From: Vulcanimicrobiota bacterium
GTDB taxonomy: Bacteria; Vulcanimicrobiota; Vulcanimicrobiia; Vulcanimicrobiales; Vulcanimicrobiaceae
DNA: 64,000 nt
Reading direction: 5' to 3'
Assembly: GCA_963695225.1 (NCBI GenBank)
Contig: OY968762.1
Coordinates: forward strand, 2,624,001 to 2,688,000
The notes under the pieces were generated by a model. It made no database searches, had not been told where the DNA came from, and saw only the letters and a program-made list of their open reading frames with translations. The position numbers were made by a program, and so were the translations under genes. Of the stretch, positions 57,440 through 64,000 are shown in pieces. Numbering within the stretch: the stretch's first letter is position 1; every line of letters begins with the position of its first letter.

Positions 57440-60319
57440 ATGTTCCTAAGGAGGAGGGACCATCCAACGTTGACTCGGAGCGGGGCGCGGCGCGATCTAT
57501 CGGCCGTGGTTCTAGTCCTGATCGGTTTCGCATTGGCCGCACCGGTGGCGTGGTCGACGGCGACTCTCGTTCGTGGGCAAGACTCCGTCATCGCGGCCCG
57601 CAGTTTCGAGATTCGAGCGATCGACCGCGAGGAACTGACGTTCCGGCTGCTCGCGCGCCTCGCGGCCTATAAACTGGGGACCATCCCTGCGGACCGGGCC
57701 GCGGCCGCTTTCGAGCGGGATCTGACGGCCTACGAGACCAGCCTCTCCGACATGAAGCTGGACCGCCCGGAAGATTCGGTGCTGCAAGTACGCCGCTTCT
57801 GGAACGTGGAGCGGCACGATCCGGCTCGCGCCCTCCCGCGGACGAGCCGCCAGCTCCTCCACCTCCAAGATATGATCGCGGAGTATTACTCGTTCGGGTA
57901 CGGCGATCCGGGACGCCGTACGGATCTGATCACGCTGTATATGTCGGACCTGCCCGGTGCGCAGGAGGAGTTGGTCCAGGCATCGCGCATCGCGCTCGGC
58001 GCGCCGGACGGCCCTCTCTCGCAGGCGCTGAGCGTCGAGCTCGCCCGGCACTTGAGCAAGCACGAGTTCGAAAGCAACTCCGGCCGCGTCGACCTCGAGT
58101 TGAGCAGCGCGAAGTACGGGGAGGCCGGGGCCGCAGTCTACTCTACCGGCACGGCCGCCCTACGGCGCATGGCGCCCTTGGACCGAGAACTCGACCGGCT
58201 CAGCACGGGCGTCCCGCTGAACGCACCGGACCGCCTCAACATCCGGGGGGAGGTGCAAGCGGTGCTCGCGGACGTGGCGCTCGCCCAGCAGCGGGCCGCC
58301 TCGGTCCTCCGGGCCGATCTGAACGGCGAGATCGACGCCGCCCGCGGGCGGCGCGTCCAGTACGGCGCGTTCGGCCTCGTCGGCGCGCTGATCGGCCTCG
58401 CGATCGTGCTCTTGATCGCGCGCTTCCAACGGGAGCGCTACGGCCGCCATCTGGCGCTGGTGACCAAGGAGAAGATCGTTCTCCAATCCGAGCTCGCGCG
58501 GCGAGAGGCCGAGCAGGCTCGCATGCTGACCGAGGCGCAGTTCCGAACCGTCTTCGAGAACGCGCAGCTCGGGATCGTCATCTTCGACGAACTGGGCGGC
58601 GTGCGCGACGCAAGCCCTTCGTTGCGGCGCATGATCGGCGATCGCGTCGGCGAGGTCGTCCCGACGGGTTCCGAGCAGTTTCTCGAGTTGATGCAGGGGA
58701 CGCGTGCGTCCTACCGATTCGAGGCCGAGATCGAGCGGCCGAACGGCGAACTGATGGCGATGGACGTAACGGTCTCGCGCGTCGGCGGCGCCGGCGCTCA
58801 TACGATCGCCATGGCGATCGTCGAGGACGTCACCGAGGAGAAGCAGGCGCGGCGGCGCCTCGAATACGAGGCGACGCACGACGGTTTGACCGGCCTGCCG
58901 AACCGGCTTGCGTTCATCGCGGAGCTCGACTCCGTCATCGCCGAGAGCCGCCGTAGCGGCGCGACCGATTACGTCGTCCTGTTCATCGACGTCAACCACT
59001 TCAAGGCGATCAACGACAGTTACGGGCACCAAGCGGGCGATTCCGTGCTCGAGCAGACCTCGAAAAGGCTGCTCGGCGCCGTTCGGCCCGGGGATCTGGT
59101 CGCGCGGTTACACGGCGACGAGTTCGCCGTGCTGCTGCGCGGAGTCACGAACGCCTCCGACGCGCGCGCCGTCGCGTATCGGGTGCAGCGCGACATCTGC
59201 AACACGATCACGGTCGACCGCGTCGCGATCGGCGTCACGACGAGCATGGGCATGGCGATGGCGAGCCTGCACTACCGCCGCGGCGAGGAATTGATCCGTG
59301 ACGCCGACACCGCGATGTACGAAGGGAAGGTCGGCGCGACGACCGAGCCGATGCTGTTCGACGAATCGATGCACGAGCGCGCGCGCCACAAGGTCCGGCT
59401 CCTGAGCGACATTCGCCGAGCCGTCGACGCGGGGGAATTCCGCGTCGTCTACCAGCCGATCGTCTCGCTCGAGGACGGCGGCCTCGTCGGTTTCGAGGCG
59501 TTACTGCGCTGGTCGCACCCCGTGCTGGGGGAGATCAGCCCCGACCGCTTCATCCCGCTGGCCGAGGAATCGAAGGCGATCTTCGACCTCGGCCGCTTCG
59601 TCATGGAGGAGGCGGTCCTGCAGCTTTCGCGTTGGGACGCGACGGTGCACGGCTATGCCCCGTTCACGATGAACATCAACATCTCGGCGCTTCAGGTCGC
59701 GAACGGCAGCGCCTCGCGCGATCTCGAGCGCATCTTGCGCTCTCTCGGCGTCCCCGCGGAACAGGTCGCGCTCGAAATCACGGAATCCCTCCTGCTCGGG
59801 AGCGACAAGGATGCGGCGATGACGCTGCGCGAGGTGCAGGCGATCGGGGCGCGGCTCTGCGTCGACGATTTCGGCATCGGGTACTCGTCACTGCGTTACC
59901 TCAACGAGTTTCCGATCAATTCGCTCAAGCTGGACCGTTCGTTCGTGAGCGGCGCGAAAGGCGGGATCGCGAACGAGCCGATCGTCAAGATGATCCTGAA
60001 CCTCGCCGCTTCGCTGAATCTGACGGTCGTCGGCGAGGGCATCGAAACGGAGGCGCAGCGCGCCGCCTTGCTGCAGATGGGCTGCACGCACGGGCAGGGG
60101 TGGCTCTACTCGAAGGCGCTCTCCGCAGCGGAACTCGGCCCGATGATCAATCTCCGCCTCGCAACGGGGAAGAAGGTTCCCGCGCGCGATCCCAACACCC
60201 GGGCGATCGTCGGGTCGCACGTCCCTTGGAACATTCCGGCGGAGGAATTGGCGCGCGTGGTGATCTCGCCCGAATTCGAACGCGACATCGTCCTGCGCCG
60301 CGTGCGGCTCGCGGGCTAG
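57440..60319 (+). CDS. Membrane-anchored PAS-GGDEF-EAL c-di-GMP signalling protein
   Basis: Two TM segments around a periplasmic domain, PAS, HDGLTGLPNR, RLHGDEF, YQP..EAL, DDFGIGYSSL, EGIET motifs. Confidence 0.95.
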   Translation: MFLRRRDHPTLTRSGARRDLSAVVLVLIGFALAAPVAWSTATLVRGQDSVIAARSFEIRAIDREELTFRLLARLAAYKLGTIPADRAAAAFERDLTAYETSLSDMKLDRPEDSVLQVRRFWNVERHDPARALPRTSRQLLHLQDMIAEYYSFGYGDPGRRTDLITLYMSDLPGAQEELVQASRIALGAPDGPLSQALSVELARHLSKHEFESNSGRVDLELSSAKYGEAGAAVYSTGTAALRRMAPLDRELDRLSTGVPLNAPDRLNIRGEVQAVLADVALAQQRAASVLRADLNGEIDAARGRRVQYGAFGLVGALIGLAIVLLIARFQRERYGRHLALVTKEKIVLQSELARREAEQARMLTEAQFRTVFENAQLGIVIFDELGGVRDASPSLRRMIGDRVGEVVPTGSEQFLELMQGTRASYRFEAEIERPNGELMAMDVTVSRVGGAGAHTIAMAIVEDVTEEKQARRRLEYEATHDGLTGLPNRLAFIAELDSVIAESRRSGATDYVVLFIDVNHFKAINDSYGHQAGDSVLEQTSKRLLGAVRPGDLVARLHGDEFAVLLRGVTNASDARAVAYRVQRDICNTITVDRVAIGVTTSMGMAMASLHYRRGEELIRDADTAMYEGKVGATTEPMLFDESMHERARHKVRLLSDIRRAVDAGEFRVVYQPIVSLEDGGLVGFEALLRWSHPVLGEISPDRFIPLAEESKAIFDLGRFVMEEAVLQLSRWDATVHGYAPFTMNINISALQVANGSASRDLERILRSLGVPAEQVALEITESLLLGSDKDAAMTLREVQAIGARLCVDDFGIGYSSLRYLNEFPINSLKLDRSFVSGAKGGIANEPIVKMILNLAASLNLTVVGEGIETEAQRAALLQMGCTHGQGWLYSKALSAAELGPMINLRLATGKKVPARDPNTRAIVGSHVPWNIPAEELARVVISPEFERDIVLRRVRLAG

Positions 60320-60370
60320 AGCGCTGCCGGCCCCGCCGGGGAAGGGCGCGCGCTTCGCGAAGGCGCCCGC

Positions 60371-61162
60371 ATGAGTGAGACGATCGTTCGCAGCGAGCGT
60401 GACGGCATCCTGACGCTCGCGCTCAACCGCCCGGAGAAGCTCAACGCATTCAACGGCGAGATGACGGCCGCCCTGATCGAGGCGCTCGATCTGGCCGAGC
60501 GTTCGGCCTCGGTGCGCGTCGTGATCCTGGCCGGGACGGGGCGCGGCTTCTCGGCGGGGCAGGATCTCGAAGAGTTCGCGCGGCGCGCCGCGAGCCCGGA
60601 GCGCATGCCGATCGCCGAACATCTGCGGACCGGGTACAACGTCGCGGTGACGCGATTGCGAGCGATCGAGAAGCCGGTGATCGCGGCGTTGAACGGGATC
60701 GCGGCGGGCGTCGGATTGTCGCTCGCGCTCTCGTGCGACCTGCGGGTCGCGGCGGACGACGCGCTGTTGACGCTCGGATTCTCGCGCATCGGGCTGATCC
60801 CCGACGGCGGCGCGAGCTTCATGCTTCCGCTCCTCGCCGGGTTCGGGCGCGGGCTCGAGCTCGCGCTGACGAGCGCGCGCATCGACGCGCGCGAAGCGCA
60901 CCGCATCGGGCTCGTCAATCGCGTCGTCCCCGCGGCGGACCTGGCGAGCGCGGCGGAGGCGCTCGCGGCGGAACTCGCGGCGCTTCCGGCTTCCGCGCTC
61001 GCGCTGACGAAACGGGCCTTCAACCGTTCCGTCCTCGCCGGGTACGGGGCGTGGCTTGAGGAAGAAGCAGAACTCCAAGAGCTCGCGGCGGCCGACCCCG
61101 ATCACGCCGAAGGCGTCCGCGCCTTCCTGGAGAAGCGCGCGCCCGAGTTCGGCCGGCGATGA
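60371..61162 (+). CDS. Enoyl-CoA hydratase/isomerase (PaaG-like)
   Basis: LNRPEKLNAF, FSAGQDL, KPVIAALNGIAAG, GLIPDGG motifs. Confidence 0.93.
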   Translation: MSETIVRSERDGILTLALNRPEKLNAFNGEMTAALIEALDLAERSASVRVVILAGTGRGFSAGQDLEEFARRAASPERMPIAEHLRTGYNVAVTRLRAIEKPVIAALNGIAAGVGLSLALSCDLRVAADDALLTLGFSRIGLIPDGGASFMLPLLAGFGRGLELALTSARIDAREAHRIGLVNRVVPAADLASAAEALAAELAALPASALALTKRAFNRSVLAGYGAWLEEEAELQELAAADPDHAEGVRAFLEKRAPEFGRR

Positions 61163-61932
61163 ACGACCCGTTCGATCTCACCGGGCGCGTCGCGCTGATC
61201 ACCGGTTCCTCGCGCGGGATCGGCTTCGCGATCGCGCGCGCCTTCGCGCGGCGCGGAGCGCGCGTGGTCATCTCGAGCCGGAAGGCCGATGCCTGCGAAC
61301 GGGCGCGCGCGTCGATCGAGGCGGAAGGGGGCGAAGCGATCGCCGTACCGTGCAACGTGACCGACAAGGCCGCGCTGCGGGCACTCGTCGAGACGGCGCA
61401 GGCGCGGCTCGGCCCGCTCGACGCGCTCGTCTGCAACGCCGCGGCGAACCCGTATTACGGCCCGCTCGCCGGGATCAGCGACGAAGCCTACGACCGCACG
61501 ATGAACACGAACGTGCGCAGCAACGTTTGGCTGTGCAATCTCGCGATCCCCGGGATGGCCGCGAACGGCGGCGGCGCCGTCATCATCCTCTCCTCGATCG
61601 CCGGGCTCGTGGGTTCGCGGATGCTCGGCACCTACGCGCTCTCGAAGGCCGCCGACGCCCAACTCGCGCGCAACCTCGCGGTCGAATGGGGGCACGCGAA
61701 CGTGCGCGTCAATTGCATCGCCCCCGGCATCATCAAGACCGATTTTGCGAAGGCGCTGTACGACGATCCGGCGCTTTACGCGGCCGCCGTCGCGCAGTCG
61801 CCGCTCGGACGTCTGGGCGAAGTCGAAGACGTCGCGGGCGCCGCCGTCTTCCTCGCCGCGCGCGCGGGTGCGTTCGTCACCGGGCAGACGATCGTCATCG
61901 ACGGCGGCACGACGATCGGCGGCTTCGATTGA
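61159..61932 (+). CDS. Short-chain dehydrogenase/reductase
   Basis: TGSSRGIG, NAA, YALSK, VNCIAPG motifs. Confidence 0.95.
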   Translation: MNDPFDLTGRVALITGSSRGIGFAIARAFARRGARVVISSRKADACERARASIEAEGGEAIAVPCNVTDKAALRALVETAQARLGPLDALVCNAAANPYYGPLAGISDEAYDRTMNTNVRSNVWLCNLAIPGMAANGGGAVIILSSIAGLVGSRMLGTYALSKAADAQLARNLAVEWGHANVRVNCIAPGIIKTDFAKALYDDPALYAAAVAQSPLGRLGEVEDVAGAAVFLAARAGAFVTGQTIVIDGGTTIGGFD

Positions 61933-61933
61933 G

Positions 61934-62500
61934 CTACGGGAGCGAGTCTGCGCGTTGCTCGGCTTGCCAGCGCGGCGCGATCGTGGCGTAGAGCGCCACG
62001 TCGCGAAAGCGGCCGTGCAGGATCTCCGCTTCCTGGAGCATGCCCTCGTAGCGGTATCCGAGCTTTTCGGCGACTGCCCGGCTGCGCTCGTTCTCGCGGA
62101 CGACGCGGATCTCGAGGCGGTGCAACCCCAGTTGGTTGAAGCCGGCGTCCGTCAGGAAGCGCGCCACGAGGTGCATGACGCCCCGGCCGCGAGCGGGCGG
62201 GATGAGGAAGTAGCCGACGCGCGCGTTGAGCGCGACCTGGTCGATCGCGTGGATCCCGGCGGCGCCGACGATGCGCCCGTCCTCGCGGATCGCGAAGTCG
62301 TAGGCTTGCGCCTGCGCCGTCTGACGCTCCAGAAACTGAGCGTGCCGCTTGACGTCCATCAGCGAGCGCGTCGCGTCGACCCAAGGGAGCCACGTGCGCA
62401 GATCGTCGCGATGTGCGTCGATCACGCCGAACATCTCGAGGGCGTCGCTCGGGTGTCTCGGGACGAGGGAGATCCGCTCGGTGACGGCGAGCGCCTTCAT
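61934..62500 (-). CDS. GNAT acetyltransferase (RimL/RimJ-like)
   Basis: LRTWLPWV, VGY, GRGVM, LHRLEI, NERSRAVAEKLGYRYEG motifs. Confidence 0.9.
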   Translation of the reverse strand: MKALAVTERISLVPRHPSDALEMFGVIDAHRDDLRTWLPWVDATRSLMDVKRHAQFLERQTAQAQAYDFAIREDGRIVGAAGIHAIDQVALNARVGYFLIPPARGRGVMHLVARFLTDAGFNQLGLHRLEIRVVRENERSRAVAEKLGYRYEGMLQEAEILHGRFRDVALYATIAPRWQAEQRADSLP

Positions 62501-62592
62501 GGTTTCCTGAGCTTCTGCCGAGCTTCGGCCGAGCCTCCCCCGTGCGAGCGCGCGCCAAGGGATGGCGACCTTGCGTGCGATATTTTCGCGGC

Positions 62593-63270
62593 ATGACGCA
62601 TGCCGTACGTTTCCGCCTAACCGCCGTCGCGGCGTTTCTCTCGGCTTTCGGCCTACTGTCGGCGGGAAGCCCCCGGGCCCAGGCGTCCGACGTGCTGTTG
62701 ACGCAATTCGCGCAAGCGGTCGCCGGAGTCGCCGACTACACGGTTTCGATCACCACGCATGAGGTGAAGGGGACGGACGTCCGGGATAACGTGTACCACT
62801 ATTGGTTCAAGAAGCCGGCGCTCGCGAAGATCGAGACGGTCAGCGGCCGCGGGCGCGGAAGCGCCGCGGTCTGGCACGGCGGCGACACGGTGAGCGGGCA
62901 TCAGGGCGGCATCCTTTCCATCATCAAGCTGACGGTCGGGATCCACGACGGGAAGGCCGTTTCGCTGCGCGGCGATACGATCGATTCGGCGTCGTTCCCC
63001 GCGCAACTCGAGCACTTCCGCACGACCAAGGGCGAACTCGCGGAAGGCCCCGGCCCCGCGATCGCGGGCGCGCCCACGGAGACGCTGACGCTCAAGCCGG
63101 CCGACCCCGTCGCGAACGGGGACGTCTCACGCGACGTGCTGTTTCTTTCGAACGCGACGCACTTGCCGGTCCGTCGCGAGCGCTACGAGGGCGACAAGCT
63201 CGTGAAGCAGGAAGATTTTACCGAACTGAAGCTCAACGTGGGCCTCAAGGACGGCGATTTCTCGTTATGA
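62593..63270 (+). CDS. Exported LolA-like fold protein
   Basis: Signal peptide ending AQA; FKKP..K, LPVRRE.Y, F..LKLNVGL.D.DF C-terminal pattern. Confidence 0.7.
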   Translation: MTHAVRFRLTAVAAFLSAFGLLSAGSPRAQASDVLLTQFAQAVAGVADYTVSITTHEVKGTDVRDNVYHYWFKKPALAKIETVSGRGRGSAAVWHGGDTVSGHQGGILSIIKLTVGIHDGKAVSLRGDTIDSASFPAQLEHFRTTKGELAEGPGPAIAGAPTETLTLKPADPVANGDVSRDVLFLSNATHLPVRRERYEGDKLVKQEDFTELKLNVGLKDGDFSL

Positions 63271-63542
63271 TCACCGCGTTCGTCATGTTCACCGTCGTTC
63301 CGGGGCAAGTCGGCGCGCTCTCGGAGCGTCTGCTCGAGATCCCCGGCATCAAGGAAGTCTACAGCGTCGCCGGCCCGTACGATCTCGTCGCGATCGCGCG
63401 CGTGAAGGAGCACGAAGCGCTCAGCGATCTCGTGACCGAACACGTCGCGAAGCTCGACGGGATCGTGAGCACGGAAACGCTGATCGCGTTCCGCGCCTTC
63501 TCGCGCAAAGATCTCGGGCTGATCTGGGACATCGGAACCTAG
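63267..63542 (+). CDS. Lrp/AsnC ligand-binding domain protein
   Basis: MITAFVM..., EVYSVAGPYDLVAI, GIVSTETLIAF. Confidence 0.88.
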   Translation: MITAFVMFTVVPGQVGALSERLLEIPGIKEVYSVAGPYDLVAIARVKEHEALSDLVTEHVAKLDGIVSTETLIAFRAFSRKDLGLIWDIGT

Positions 63543-64000
63543 AACGTTCCGAGGCGGAGTTGCGCGCGCTCTTCGAGGTACTCGGCGTCGACGCCTAACT
63601 TGCGCAGGCGGCCGGCGAAACTGCGCCCGCCGTGGTTGAGAAGCACTCTGCGCGGTTGCGCGAGCTCGACATAGCGCAGCAGCGACGGGTAATCGGCGTG
63701 ATCGGAGAGCGGGAAACCGGCATCCGTTCCGGCTCCGAAGCCGCGCGGACGGTCGCCGGCCACCCACCCCGTCAACGAGGCGGTGCGCACCGCGCCGCGT
63801 AGCGCGGTGCGCGGGAGGAAGCTCGAGGGCGGCCAGACGAGCGCCCGCGCGCCCGCGAACGTCGCTGCGTCGTGCTTTTCGTAGGGCGGCATCGCCACCC
63901 CGGATTCTTCGTACACGCGCGTCATGGCGCAGATCGCGGGATGCGCGGTCAACGGGATGCCGGCGTTGCCGAGGATCGCGAGCGCTTCTTGCGCCTTTCC
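63539..64000 (-). CDS. MBL-fold ligase-associated DNA-damage exonuclease, C-terminal part (truncated)
   Basis: GKAQE.L, LTGW, GFPLSDHADYPSLL, V..NHG motifs. Confidence 0.75.
   Translation of the reverse strand, partial: GKAQEALAILGNAGIPLTAHPAICAMTRVYEESGVAMPPYEKHDAATFAGARALVWPPSSFLPRTALRGAVRTASLTGWVAGDRPRGFGAGTDAGFPLSDHADYPSLLRYVELAQPRRVLLNHGGRSFAGRLRKLGVDAEYLEERAQLRLGTF

Overview
High-GC bacterial chromosomal window from a (bacterio)chlorophyll-synthesising organism. The divergent, dispersed bch genes are compatible with Vulcanimicrobiota/Eremiobacterota (WPS-2), but that taxonomy is inference only. Pigment-synthesis genes lie in five separate transcription units among housekeeping genes instead of one photosynthesis gene cluster: bchN-bchB-bchG-bchP (2.6-8.0 kb), bchL (33-34 kb), a divergent bchH-like chelatase (40-44 kb), a bchD-like AAA+/vWA chelatase subunit (45-47 kb) and bchM-acsF (47.5-49.4 kb), plus the 3' end of hemL at the left edge. 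No reaction-centre, bchXYZ, bchF/C or stand-alone bchI genes are visible here. Main observation: four of these units (bchN, bchL, bchH, bchM) carry the same 14-bp Crp/Fnr-type palindrome (GTGATAG-NNN-TCAC) 22-23 nt upstream of a -10-like hexamer, i.e. class II activator geometry. A Crp/Fnr regulator with an unusual ~130-aa helical N-terminal domain lies just upstream of bchM, suggesting a PpsR-independent pigment regulon. Other notable items: a dispersed family of ~160-nt structured intergenic elements with compensatory base changes, two paralogous FecR-like/Ig-repeat surface proteins flanking a TPR gene, and a start-less GIY-YIG domain in frame with a cyclophilin. No CRISPR array, rRNA, tRNA or transposase was recognised.
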